From contig OZ024743.1 in assembly GCA_964016885.1 (NCBI GenBank), positions 191,704,001-191,768,000 on the forward strand: 64,000 bases of DNA, written 5' to 3'. Source of the stretch: Eledone cirrhosa (taxonomy: Eukaryota). Made by a program: the position numbers and the translations under genes. The notes under the pieces are model-generated. The model was not told the origin of the DNA. It worked only from the letters and a program-made list of their open reading frames with translations, and did not search any database. Positions 23,512-38,088 of this stretch are shown piece after piece (the first letter of the stretch is position 1; each line of letters begins with the position of its first letter).

Positions 23512-25953
23512 ATGGAAAAACAATATTTGGGAACCTCTTTAAAAAACATACCAATACCTTCTAAGGATGACTTCTTACTCCTTATGATTCAAAAAACTAA
23601 TAATTTTATCAGAAGGGTTAGATGGAGAGCCTACCACTTCGATAAAAAATCTAAACAAGCAGATCGGAAATATATGTATGATTTCAATACTTACAGGAAT
23701 CCACCACACAACTTTTTACTTGAAGACTTCGAGAAAGACCTTTTTAATTTAATTAAACACCTCAAATTTAAAAAGTATAAATCCGTCTTTCAAAAGGACC
23801 TTGATTCTACCCTATTGGACCTAAAAAAGTCTAAAAAAATCCATGTCCACTCGGACAAAACTGGTAACTTGTATCATATGGATATTGAACATTATAATGA
23901 GTTCATATATAAAGAACTCAGAAAAAATTATAAAAAATCTAATAATGCGTCACTCACCAACATCAACAACAAAACACACAACATAGTAAAAAAACTAAAC
24001 ATTGAAGATAGAACTGAACCTTTGGCATTGAAAAGACCACACTTCAACCTGAAGGATCATAAATCAAACTTTAACTCAAATCCTTCTATAAGACTTATAT
24101 GTCCCTCCAAATCAGATATTGGAATAATTAGCAAAAAAATTTTGGATAGAGTCATCCCACAAATAAGAAAACACGTTATTTTACCACTCTGGGAAAACAC
24201 CTCCCAGGTAATTAACTGGTTTAAAAATATTAGATGTAAATCTTCTGCTTCATTTCTACAATTTGATATAGATAATTACTATTCTTCTATATCACCTATA
24301 CTCCTGAACAAAGCATTGATATTTGCTAAAAATAGATCTAACTTAACTTTGGATGACATTAATATTATTACACATGCTAGACTAACACTTATTGAATTTC
24401 AGAATGAATACTGGACCAGAAACACATATAGTAATCTATTTGATATTACTATGGGTTCAAGCGATTCCGCCCAAATTACTGATCTTGTGGGCCTCTTTCT
24501 CCTTTTCAACATAAATGCCTCCTTTCCCCACCTCAAAGGTGGTTTATATCGTGATGACTGTCTTCTTCTTTCTAACAACCTTAGCCTTTCAGAAATTGAA
24601 AAAAACAAAAAACATATTAGAACTTTCCTTAAAGACTATTATAATCTTCATATTACTTTTGAAAAAACAAGTAAAGTAGTAAATTTCCTAGATATAACTT
24701 TAGATTTAGCTACGGGTATCTACCAACCTTACCATAAACCAAACCAAAACTTACATTACATACACTCACAATCTAATCACCCTAAATCTATCCTTAAAAA
24801 CCTTGCATATAATATATCACTTAGAATTTCTAACCTTTCTTCTAACCAAGATGTATTTGATAAAAATGCGACCTTCTATAACGAAGCTCTAGATAGAAGT
24901 GGCCACAAAAATAGATTAGAATATATACCTTCTACTAAAAATACTAAAAGCATACAACCTAATATTACCAACAAACACCAAATGAAAAGTACACACCTAA
25001 ATGCCACCCACACTATACCCCAAAATACCAAATCTTCTAATATAAAATATAGTAACTCTCAAAAAACTACTCATCATACAACTCTAATAAATATTAATAA
25101 TAAAACTCCTAATAAAAAAGCTAAAACACCTAAATCTACAAATATAACTAAAAATGGTTGTGGTGAGATCTTTAACATTAATCCTCCTAGTAAACATCAC
25201 GATACAACCTATAAAAATAATAAAAATAATAAACAACATAGAAACCGTAATAGACGGGTTACTTGGTATAATGCTCCATTTAATTTACAAATTAAGGATA
25301 ATATTGCTAAAAAATTTTTTTATATCCTAAAGAAAAACTTCCCGCCAAACCACAAATACCATCAAATCTTAAATAGGTCTACAGTGAAATTCTCATACTC
25401 AACAACAAATAACATAAAACAAAATATAAGTGCCTATAATGCATATAAATGTAAGAAAACCATAAGTATACCACCAGTACATCAAATTAACCATAATATC
25501 TCCTCAAATACAGAATTAACGAAAGGTTGTAACTGTAGAAACAAAGCAAACTGCCCATTAAAAGGGAATTGTCTTGTTAACAACATAGTCTATAAATGTA
25601 ATGTTAAAACTAAAGATTCTATTTGCTCATATATAGGAGCTACTTCTAACAATTTTAAGACAAGGTTTAATACCCACAAGCATAGTTTTAAAAATGCCGC
25701 ACTGGCTAATACAACATCTCTAGCAGAAAAAATCAATAGTTATAAAAATAAGAATATAGAATATGATTTGACCTGGAGTGTGCTCAAAAGAGCCACCCCT
25801 TATCAAAATAATAGAAATGAATGTAGATTATGTTCCCAAGAACTATTTGAAATAATGAAATCTAAGGATATACTATTAAATAAACGACAGGAATTAATTA
25901 TATCGTGTAATCATAAACTAAAAAAAACATTTAAATATTATAAACCTAATTAA
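23512..25953 (+). CDS. Intact PLE RT + GIY-YIG polyprotein (813 aa), same translation as 11403-13844
   Basis: The two translations in the ORF track match; same motifs. Confidence 0.95.
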   Translation: MEKQYLGTSLKNIPIPSKDDFLLLMIQKTNNFIRRVRWRAYHFDKKSKQADRKYMYDFNTYRNPPHNFLLEDFEKDLFNLIKHLKFKKYKSVFQKDLDSTLLDLKKSKKIHVHSDKTGNLYHMDIEHYNEFIYKELRKNYKKSNNASLTNINNKTHNIVKKLNIEDRTEPLALKRPHFNLKDHKSNFNSNPSIRLICPSKSDIGIISKKILDRVIPQIRKHVILPLWENTSQVINWFKNIRCKSSASFLQFDIDNYYSSISPILLNKALIFAKNRSNLTLDDINIITHARLTLIEFQNEYWTRNTYSNLFDITMGSSDSAQITDLVGLFLLFNINASFPHLKGGLYRDDCLLLSNNLSLSEIEKNKKHIRTFLKDYYNLHITFEKTSKVVNFLDITLDLATGIYQPYHKPNQNLHYIHSQSNHPKSILKNLAYNISLRISNLSSNQDVFDKNATFYNEALDRSGHKNRLEYIPSTKNTKSIQPNITNKHQMKSTHLNATHTIPQNTKSSNIKYSNSQKTTHHTTLININNKTPNKKAKTPKSTNITKNGCGEIFNINPPSKHHDTTYKNNKNNKQHRNRNRRVTWYNAPFNLQIKDNIAKKFFYILKKNFPPNHKYHQILNRSTVKFSYSTTNNIKQNISAYNAYKCKKTISIPPVHQINHNISSNTELTKGCNCRNKANCPLKGNCLVNNIVYKCNVKTKDSICSYIGATSNNFKTRFNTHKHSFKNAALANTTSLAEKINSYKNKNIEYDLTWSVLKRATPYQNNRNECRLCSQELFEIMKSKDILLNKRQELIISCNHKLKKTFKYYKPN

Positions 25954-26442
25954 TAACATTATTTTAGAAATTAATTTAATTTAAATGTTAGTTAACCTAT
26001 AAATTTAATTTAATTAAAATTCTACTACAGATGAGAATATAAAATATTGTGTAATCATAAATTGTGAAAAACCTTTAAATATTACTAATATATACTTAGT
26101 AATTTAATTTATAGATTAATTTTAATTTATTTAAACCTTTTATTAAAATTCCTTTACAGATAAAATATAACAAAATATCGTGTATCCAATGACAGAGAAA
26201 TAATTTTTAGTATTATAGACCTAATTAATATACATTTTAGAAATATATTTATAATTTGGTTTTAAATTTAGTCAACCTAAAAATTTAATTTAATTGGCTT
26301 ATAATTAGTATCCTAATACAGACGGATTGCAGAGTGTCATGTAATCATAGAATGGGATGTGTTTTGGATGTATACCTAGTTAATATATTCTCAATTTTTG
26401 AAAAAATATGTATATGTATGTATGTATATGTATGTGTATGTA

Positions 26443-26487
<45 letters not shown>

Positions 26488-27485
26488 GTGTATGTATATG
26501 TATATGTATATGTATTAATTTTGATTTCTATTTGCTTATAATTATATTCTGCTATTGATAAAATACAATATCTGTTTTATTTATTATATACCTAATTAAC
26601 ATATACTATAGAAATTAATATATAATTTTTAATTTAGTTAACCTATAATTTATATTCTACTACCGATGTAATACTTTATTTGTTTTTTCCCTATTACTAA
26701 ATTCATTTCCTAATATTGATACCATAACGTTAATAACTTTAATTTAGTTATACTATAATTAATACTCTACTACTATTTAACTTCAAAATTCTGCTTCAAA
26801 TATTATAAACCTAACTAATTTACACCTTAGAAATCAATATGTTAACTATCTTTAGTTTAGTTAACATATAATTAATGGTATACTTATTTTGAAATGCATA
26901 ATTTTGCCTTATTTCTTGCATTTCCTAACACTGAAACTATGTAAAAACATATATTGGGATCCAGATACAGATAATATTCTATGTTTCTTGAAACATATAT
27001 TTACTATAATCCCCTTCTCCACCCCACCCCTTTCCCCCATACTATTATCATCTGTGTTTGTAAGCGTGTATGTATGAATATATATGTAGGTAGGTGTATA
27101 TATGTTTGGGTGTTTATATCTGAATATAAAAATACATATATGCGCATGCAAATAAGAATGTAAGATTGTGTGTATATATATGTGTGTATGTATATATATA
27201 TGTGTATATATGCATGTGTATATATATGTGTATATGTATATATATGTATATGTGTATATGTGTATATGTGTGTGGGCGTGTATGTGTGTGTGTATATATA
27301 TATATATATATGTGTGTATGTATGTGTATGTATATATGTGTATATATATGTATGTCTCTCTATATATATGTCTATCTTCGTATCTATGTGGGTATATGTG
27401 TGTATGTACATGTATGCACATGTATATGTTTATGTGTATATGTGTGTATGTGTATATATGTACGTGTGCGCACATATATATGTGA

Positions 27486-27517
<32 letters not shown>

Positions 27518-28099
27518 GTATATCTATGTGTGTATATATGTCTATATTCGTATGTGTATATATATATATATATATATATTATTTATTATTATAATATAAC
27601 TTATGGGTATGTGTATATATGTGAGGGTGTGTATATGTATATATATGTATATATATGTGTAAAAATATATATGTGTATGTGTGTTTTTTGTGTGTGTGTA
27701 TATATATGTATGTATATATGTGTGTATGTGTGTGTTTGTATGTGTGTTTATGGTTGTATGTGTGTGTGGGTGTATATATATAAATGTATGTGTATATATA
27801 TATATATATGTGTATATGTATCTCTATTAATGTGTGTATATATGTATATGTATATACCTTTTTCTTTGTATGTCTGAGTTGTGTGAGAGTGTAGTGGTGT
27901 TTGTATGTATATACGCATATATGGATGCGTATGTATTTGTATATATGAGTATATGTAAGTGCGTATGTATGTATGAATATATATCTATGTCTATGTATGA
28001 GTATATATGTGTGTATATATATATATATATATGTGTGTATATGTATGTATGTATGTGTATGTATGTACATATATGTGTATGTATATGTGTATGTATATA

Positions 28100-28132
<33 letters not shown>

Positions 28133-28314
28133 CTTTATTTTATATATATGTGTGTGTGTGTATGTGTGTGTGTGTATATATATCTTTATATATGTGTATG
28201 TGTATGTTCGTGTAGGTGTATGTGTGTGTATGACTATATATGTATGTGTGTATGTGTGTATGTATGTATATGTATGTGTGTGTACATGTATGTATGTGTA
28301 TGTGTATATATATA

Positions 28315-28345
<31 letters not shown>

Positions 28346-28645
28346 GTGTATATATATATATATGTATATGTATCTCTATTTGTATGTGTATATGTGTATA
28401 GGTATATACCTTTTTCTTTGTATGTCTGAGTTGTGTGAGAGTGTAGTGGTGTTTGTATGTATATACCGATATATGGATGCGTAAGTATTTGTGTGTATGT
28501 ATGTATGTATGTTTGTATGTATTTGTGTGTATATATAGGTATGTATGTGTATATCTGTATGTATATAAGTATGTATGTGTATGTATATGTGCGTGTATGT
28601 GTATATATATGTGTGTCTATATATGTATGTGTGATTATATGTGTA

Positions 28646-28694
<49 letters not shown>

Positions 28695-28759
28695 ATATGT
28701 GTGTATGTGTGTATATGTATATGTTTATATATGTGTGTGTATGTGTGTTCTATGTGTAG

Positions 28760-28802
<43 letters not shown>

Positions 28803-29427
28803 CTTGATATATTTCTTTTTTCTTTTTTCTTTTTCTTTTCTTTCCTTTTTATTTTTTATTTTTTATTTCTTAGTTTATAGATACATCTATAAATAAGCAG
28901 TCTGCCCAAACCGTTGAATACTGACCTCTCCCCCCCTCCCACCTAATTTCTGTATCTTGATCTAAATGTGTGTGGCAGTGTTTATGTGAGTGAATTAATA
29001 TCCATGTGCTTATGATAATATTATATCCACATATATATATGTGTGTGGGGGTGTGTGTGTGTATGTATGTTCGTATTTATGTGTATGTTTATGCATATAC
29101 GCGCGCGTGTGTGTGAGTGTACGGATATGTGTGAGTATGAGAATATGTGTATACACTTATTTCATATTTATGTGTCTATACGCATCTTATCTGTGCATTA
29201 TAAACTTACAGAGACATTAGCCTCGAAATTTTGTATTTGCATGCATCTTTTTGGCATGCGTATGCATGTTGAGCATACATCTTTGTATAAATATGTGTAC
29301 GGGGTAGTTACATGTATATACACACACCAAACTGCATAAAACCTTTTGTATTTTCATTGGTCAATTTTGAACTCTGTTCCCAAACGGACCTGAAATTTTG
29401 AATTGTTGTTATTATCAATAAATATAT

Positions 29428-29582
29428 TTCATTATTTCTGAAGACGGCGTATATGTGTGTTTGGTATGTATATTTAATCTTGATAGTTTGTATAATTTTG
29501 TATAATTTTGTACATAGATCTGTTGAATATGCATGCCAATTCTAACACATATATATCCTAGAAACGATCGTTAAATAATGAA
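29428..29582 (+). ncRNA. Family-A long-stem-II hammerhead (3' pLTR)
   Basis: Same as 10898-11052. Confidence 0.87.
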
Positions 29583-29800
29583 CTTTTTTTGTTTAATATA
29601 AGGAACTGTTTCATTGTTTTATTCATTATTTGTTTAATATTTTATCTTGACTCTGTATACCGTTTATCTTTCACCGAAAGTGATTTTTCATTACATCTCT
29701 TCTTTCCATGATATCCGGAATACATTGAGTTCTTCATACGGATTGGACACTACCGTAAACTCTTGGTAGATTTATCTACATATATATATATATATATATA

Positions 29801-29832
<32 letters not shown>

Positions 29833-29840
29833 ATATATAT

Positions 29841-29888
<48 letters not shown>

Positions 29889-29894
29889 ATATAT

Positions 29895-29981
<87 letters not shown>

Positions 29982-30131
29982 TATATATAATATATATATA
30001 TATAATATAGTAATAATAATAGTAATAATAATAAATTTGAAGACTAAAATCCAAAGAGGGCTCGATAAGGATTAATATATATCAAATATATAAGTACCGT
30101 AGAGCAAATATTTATTAAAATAACAGATTAA

Positions 30132-30182
30132 AGTTTAAGCATAGAATCGCTGCTTTCACCCTTAACGGGATCTTCTGAAACT
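30132..30182 (-). ncRNA. Variant hammerhead with a CAGAAGA core
   Basis: AGTTT-CAGAAGA-T-CCC-GTTAA-GGG-T-GAAA-GCA-GCGATTCTA-TGC-TT-AAACT. Stems I, II and III can all form, at the position where a PLE HHR is expected. Confidence 0.6.
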
Positions 30183-31113
30183 AACAAAGTCAATCTGTAA
30201 ACGGAGAACTGGATATTTCAAAAAACGTTGCAACCGGAGGAAGACAGGAAGACGATACTTTGATTCGTGGAAACGTTCGCAGGCTAAGAACGGGAAAAAA
30301 CGAATATAATACGTCATTAATAGGAGCGGTGAAAAACAATTACGCGCAAAGACAGAACCACGTTTATGGTATAAAAGAGGTCGTAGACTAATGTTCTCTT
30401 AGGTGGTGCATAGAGACGTTCTCTGGCAATGAACGAAAAAAACGAAGATTATACGTCATATGTGGAGCGTGGAGAACAATAGCACGCAAAGACAAAACCA
30501 CGTAAATGGTATAGCAGAAGTCGTACACTAAATTCTAACTAGGAGACCAAATGGATCTCCGCTACGGAGTTGAGAACAAAGTAAATAAATACAATACAGA
30601 AGTAATAGAAATAAATAAATACATACACGCAAACAAAAACGTACATACACAAGCATACGCAAAAACTTACCATAGGTAAACAAAACCAAGCACATATAAA
30701 TATGTGTGTGTGTGTAAGCGTGTATACAAATAAATAAATAATTATATAAACGTATATAAATAAATAAATACGTATATAACAGCGCACGCACATACCTACA
30801 TGTAAATGCACGAATGTTCGGAGACGTAAGTCAACCAATACATGAAGTACACATATACACACGCCCTACATACGTACGAATCTGCATACTCACACAGACG
30901 CAAAACTCTCGTATACACATAGCCGAACCATATGTACCAGAATATATTAAAAAATTATACGCCATAACAATCAAATATACGTACGAGAAGGTATACGTAC
31001 CTTCACAAAACATACGGATAATATATACTTACCTATGCAAATAAGTAAAGGTATAAACAAAACATATACTTAGCTCCCACATCGAGACGTAAAATATCCA
31101 CGTATAGATCGTA

Positions 31114-33241
31114 CTATCCGTTAGGGTATAACGTGGGGCTGTAATACAGGAAAATGTTGTGCAATTTATGTTTACAAGCCGAAATTCCCTCAGATTTTTT
31201 GTTTAAGATGTGGTCTGTGGCGTAGAGTATTTCCAGGGCCTCAGCGGCGCAGAGGTCACATGGTCTTTTATTTCCGTTATACGATCTAGCCCTAGCTAGG
31301 ATCTCCCAGTGTAACTTATATTGGGTGTGGTTGTCTTTTAGACTCCAGATATAAGCTGAAAGTGATGTCATATTCCTTCTTAGAGGGTAACGAAAAGAAT
31401 GGGTATGCATGTAAAGACGCTGCTTGAATCTATTGGCGGTTAACCCTATGTAGGCCCTACGGGACGTGGGTGTTACAACCTTACATTTGTAGACAATGTT
31501 ACTAGAGAGGCATTTCCCGGATAGGGGGCAATCAACCCGATTCCTACAATTACAGTTAGTACTAACTACAGGGGTGCACGTGTTCCTACGGCTAGGTAGT
31601 TTAGCTAAATTTGAAGCTGTGATTTTATGTGCAAGGTTAGGAGTCGTAGAGTAGGAAATTTTAATAGTATTTCTATTAAAAATTTTACTATATTTATGTG
31701 TAGGGGGAAAATTCTTCGTAATAAGGGAAAGAAAGATCTTAGCTAATGGTGTGGCCACCTCCATATTATATGGTGGGTTATACCAACAAATGCAACGGGA
31801 TCTATTTCTTCTAGGTCTATTTTCGTACTCTGTATATGCTACCTTATCGAAAAAACCACTTCGAGCAAGAGCTTCATTGTAATAAGTGGAATGGTCGTTG
31901 AAAATACGCTCGTTGGTGGAAAGACGGGAAAGCCTCAACGAAACGTTTCTTACCAGGTTCTTGGTTATACTGGCAGGATGGTTGGAATGCTTGCTTATGT
32001 AATTAAGCGAATCATTCGGCTTTCTATACGGGTAATAGAACCTATTTAATAAGTTGAGGGTAACGTCGAGGTAATTAACGACTGAGAGATTGGCCTCAAC
32101 CTGTATAGAGAGGTTGAAGCCTTTAAAGAAGGCTGTGAGTTCTTTTCTGAACCTGTCGCAAGCACGAGATCCGCACTTAGTCATGGTCAAAAGACTATCG
32201 TCACGGTACAGACCACCGCCCGCGTTGGGGAATTCGTCCTTGATAGAGAAAAGAAGGAAAAGGCCGATAGGATCAGTAACTTCCGCAGAATCACTTGCGC
32301 TCATATTCACGTCGAATGGGGTACTATTGGATCTTTTAATCCAAATAGAGTCGTCGAAATTAATCACCGACTTTCGGGCATTGAGGATGACATCAACTTC
32401 GAAATCCTTAACCACTGTGAGTGTTTTAGCGAAATTGATAGCTCTAAGGAGAAGTGGTAAAGTGATGGAGGAGTAGTAATTGTTGATGTCGAATTGGATA
32501 AAACGGCAATGTTCCTTGTTACATATGCCGTTGAACCAATCAATCACCGCGAAGGAATTGTTCCACAGTGCAAGAGGGGCCAAACTTCTAATTTCAGGTA
32601 TAATTCTATCAAGAATCGTCTTACTAAGTCTACCTAAATCGGACTTCGTAGGGTTAATAAGCCGAATAGAGGGGCTGTTCGGAAAATTGGATTTGTGATC
32701 CTTCAGGGTGAAGTGGGGAGAAATAGGGTCCAGTGGTTCGGTCCGGTCCAGGATGTTGAGATCAGATGTGATTTTAAACCCAGCATCGTTGATTTCATTG
32801 ATGACGCACCGATTAGTTTTACGGTAATCCTTAGTTACAGCATTATGTAGTAGTTGATGGTAAGTACTGCGCTCCACTTGATATAGGTTGCCAGTTTTGT
32901 CGGAATGGACGTGCACGGCATTAGAATCCTTAATAGAACGAATTCTATTCTTCAGGTCTTGCTGGAAGGAATTGCTCCTATTCCGAAATTTGATACTCCG
33001 AATGAGTTCCAAGACATCATTTTCGAAGGGTAGCAATGCTGGGTGACACGGGGGGTTATTATAGGTTTTAAATCCAAATTTATCCTGTTTGTTGTCTGCT
33101 TTTCGCGGATTATCGAAGTAAAAGGCCCGCCAACGCAAGCTTTTAATGAACGCGTGTTTTCTGTATCAGGAGTTTTAGGTATGTTTTCCTGCTTGGTACG
33201 GGTATGTTCTTTGTAGAAATATTCAGATGTTGTTTTTGCAT
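31114..33241 (-). pseudogene. PLE RT + GIY-YIG with one frameshift near 33155; the downstream 674 codons are open
   Basis: MQKQHLNISTKNIPVPSRKTYLKLLIQKT, frameshift, then AFIKSLRWRAFYF; HSDKTGN, IQFDINNYY, GLYRDD, CNCRNRVDCPLSGKC, NIVY...YIGLT...CDLC..E...ACKH. Confidence 0.92.
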
Positions 33242-33475
33242 GATGAATATAAGTCAGTAGAGTGCTCAACCGAGGGACCCAAATAGTAATAATAATAAAT
33301 TTGAAGACTAAAATCCATTGTTTTTCACCGCTCCTATTAATGACGTATTATATTCGTTTTTTCCCGTTCTTGGCCAGCGAACCTTTCCACGAACCAAAGT
33401 ATCGTCTTCCTGTCTTCCTCATGTTGCAACGTTTTTTTTAAATATCCAGTTCTGCGTTTACAGATTGACTTTGTT

Positions 33476-33526
33476 ATTTTCAGAAGATCCCGTTAAGCGT
33501 GAAAGCAGCGATTCTTTGCTTAAACT
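33476..33526 (+). ncRNA. CAGAAGA-core hammerhead variant, inverted-arm copy (slightly degraded)
   Basis: ATTTT-CAGAAGA-TCCCGTTAAGCGT-GAAA-GCA...TGC-TT-AAACT. Confidence 0.5.
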
Positions 33527-33545
33527 TTAATCTGTTATTTTAATT

Positions 33546-35060
<1,515 letters not shown>

Positions 35061-35282
35061 ATATAATATATATATATAATATATATATATAATATATATA
35101 TATATAATATATATATATATAATATACATATATATATAATATATATATATATAATATATATATATATATAATATATATATATAATATATATATATAATAT
35201 ATATATATATATAATATATATAATATATATATATATATATAATATACATATATATATATATGATATATATATATATATATAA

Positions 35283-35325
<43 letters not shown>

Positions 35326-35402
35326 TATATATTATATATATATATATATTATATATATTATATATATATATTATATATATTATATATATATATATTATAT
35401 AT

Positions 35403-35691
35403 TTCGTTTCTGAATTTGTTTAGCAAGATTCTTTATCTGAAATCGTGTGTTGAAACCGATATTGTTATACTTTGGGAGGGTCATGTTGCCAATAAGAAAC
35501 ACACGCACCAGTTGCTTTCACTTCAATTTATTATATATTTATAAATTTATAAATTTATAAATTTCTGGTTGGTTGGTTGGTTCCACAACCAGATAGTTGT
35601 TTATATATAGTCATAGTTCTTTCGTCAAACACTCTGTGACCTCTTCAGTGACTGGGGATGCCTTTCTTTGTTTCTATGCCTCTCTTTTGTT
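35403..35691 (-). mobile_element. PLE 3'-end fragment (family D)
   Basis: Inverted homologue of 53930-54174 plus a ~55-nt extra tail; HHR present; in (TA)n. Confidence 0.78.
35609..35653 (-). ncRNA. Minimal hammerhead (family D)
   Basis: AGTCA-CTGAAGA-G-GTCA...TGAC-GAAA-GAAC-TA-TGACT. Confidence 0.78.
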
Positions 35692-35870
35692 CTATATATA
35701 TATATATATAATATATATATATATAATATATATATATAATATATAATATATAATATATATATATATATAATATATAATATATATATATATAATATGTATA
35801 TATATATAATATATAAATATATAATATATATAAATATATAATATATATATATATAATATATATATATAAT

Positions 35871-35904
<34 letters not shown>

Positions 35905-36036
35905 ATATATATATATATATATAATATATATATATATAATATATATATATATAATATATATATATATATAATATATATATATATATTATATATATAATAT
36001 ATATATATATAATATATATATATATATAATATATGA

Positions 36037-37760
36037 TAAAGAACACAAGAGCGTCTACAACATCAAAAGATTTTTATTGGCTTACAATGTTTCTTCCTTA
36101 CGTAACCGTAGGATTCGTCAGATCTATAAAAGTGGTTTGATTGGTGTTATTGACTCTACCAACCAAACATTCAAGAACAAAGAGTTTAGAGAGTAAAGAG
36201 CAAAAGCAGGGGACGATAAGTCTAATTTTGGTGCGGGAGGGTGGGGTGTTTACTAGCTGTGGTCATATTCATTCCCGGGAGTCGAGTGGTTAGCAGAACC
36301 ACAGATGGGGTGGCGTCGATAGTAGGGTGCAGAGGGTGTGCAGAGGCTACACACAACAAAGGGCATACAATATATATATATAACGGAGGAGAAAGTACAT
36401 GAGGTAATTAGAAATGGAAAAAGAGTAATAATAATAATCTATAATTAATAATGTATAATAAGGCAAGGGGGAAGATTACACTATAATAAGGTATAAAAGT
36501 AAGAATAAGGTAAAATATAAAGGAGGATAAAAGTGAAAATAAGAATAAAGATAAAAAAATATATATATATAAATAAAAAATATATATAGAGAATATATAA
36601 AGAAATATAAGCAAGTATTAGAAAGGGAAAAACACAATGTAAAAAAAAACGATTTTTTTCAAATAAAAAAATTATAAATATGGGGGGGAGAAAACGGGAT
36701 AGAGAAATATAATCAAATGCGATTAGTTGAGAGAATATAAGATGATAATAGTTATGTCAAGTTTATACATCTTAGTAATAAATAATCTGTATATCAGAGT
36801 TACACATCCTTCAATTCACTTGAAAGTTCAACCCACGTGGCATAGTCCATTGTTCATCTGTGCGGTCATGTGCGTTTGTTTTTGACACCACAGAAGATGC
36901 ACAAGTTCGTAAATTCCAATGCAGATAGAAATCTATTTTTGCTCACCCAGACATTGACAGAGGATCCAATATTCCTAGTTCAATATGTGTGTGGTGTTAT
37001 TTTGGTCGCACAAATCAATCACTTGGTTCAATATTATGGAGTATGTTTTTCTGGTCTTCGTAACAGTGTCAGTGGTTGTATATCTCGAAATCACAAGGAT
37101 CACAGTACTCCGGTTTGGTGTGATTATCGGTCATCCAACTATGTTGTCGGTGGTTGGATTCAATTCTATTGCCCCGAACGTAGAACTTTGGTGTCGATTG
37201 AACATTAACGAGGCAGTGTGAGATCGCATCTGTGGTACAAAACGGTACGCAAGGAAATTCTTCGTCTTCGTTTCATCCGGGTCCAGCAGTCACGTGCAAG
37301 AACCGCTACGTAGTAATTGTGAGGGTAAGCGGTCAAGATAGTAACTGACCGAAAATTCTCTTAGGAATTCAGACAGGCATGACAGGTACATTTAGGTCAG
37401 CAGTTTCTTTATGTGTACGTGTGTCCGATACACACAGACACATATTTATATGTATTTCAACTCAAAAAATTCAGTTGATTCGTTTATTGATATTATATCT
37501 CTGTTGCTCCGATGTGCATGTTGTGGTGTTCTGGTCGTGTTTAGCATTCACTGTGTTTTGCCATTACCTTGGAATGTGATGTTATGGTCATCAATAGTCT
37601 GGCAAGCACATTCCTCTCTTATATTGTGGAGAATGGTGTTCTGGTCCTCAGTAAACATTTGGGTCAGCAGGAGGGGTGGTGGTTCTCAGTTTCAACTGCG
37701 ACAATACATATCGTGCTCCTCTCAAAGAAGAGTATTATAGGAGGAATTCATGCCAAACAC
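36037..37760 (-). mobile_element. Old, decayed PLE: 3' end with HHR-like motif, 3' UTR and ORF remnants
   Basis: Minus strand ends ...TMPRGLNFQVN* near 36812-36850, matching the PxGLN end of PLE endonucleases. HHR-like motif plus AATAAA near 36071-36125. The upstream extent is uncertain. Confidence 0.5.
36079..36125 (-). ncRNA. Hammerhead-like motif with weak stem I
   Basis: CTGACGA-A-TCCTACG-GTTA-CGTAAGGA-A-GAAA-CATTG-TA-AGCC-AATAAA. Confidence 0.6.
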
Positions 37761-38051
37761 CACATATAGAGAAGACTTATACAGAAAAATATACATACAT
37801 ACACACATATATACATATCATACACGCACATATACACATATACACATACATATATATATACACATACATATCACATATACACATACACACAATATAATAC
37901 ACTTGTATACAATATACATATATATATATACAATATACATGTATACAATACACTTACACATGCATGCATCCATGCATGCACACACGTACGCACACATATA
38001 TACATATGTTTGTGTGTATGTGTGTGTGAGATAGAAAAAAGGAGAATATAA

Positions 38052-38088
<37 letters not shown>

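Larger units (their letters stand above)
22973..29780 (+). mobile_element. Full-length family-A Nematis-type PLE (pLTR-ORF-3'UTR-pLTR, ~6.8 kb)
   Basis: Direct pLTR repeats at 22973-23359 and 29394-29780. Ends GTAGATTTATCTACA followed by (TA)n. Confidence 0.95.
30010..33545 (-). mobile_element. Family-B Nematis-type PLE, near full length, with an inverted pLTR arm at its 5' end
   Basis: 30117-30339 is inverted at 33318-33542. AATAGTAATAATAATAAATTTGAAGACTAAAATCCA is a direct repeat at ~30018-30053 and ~33282-33317. (TA)n on both sides. Confidence 0.9.

Noticed and set aside
30028-30118. TAATAAAT-TTGAAGA...ATTTATTA as a plus-strand hammerhead
   Set aside because: There is no GAAA or stem III at the right place, and it is antisense to family B.
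30117-33542. Terminal inverted repeats suggesting a DNA transposon
   Set aside because: The enclosed ORF is RT + GIY-YIG and the repeat is an inverted pLTR.
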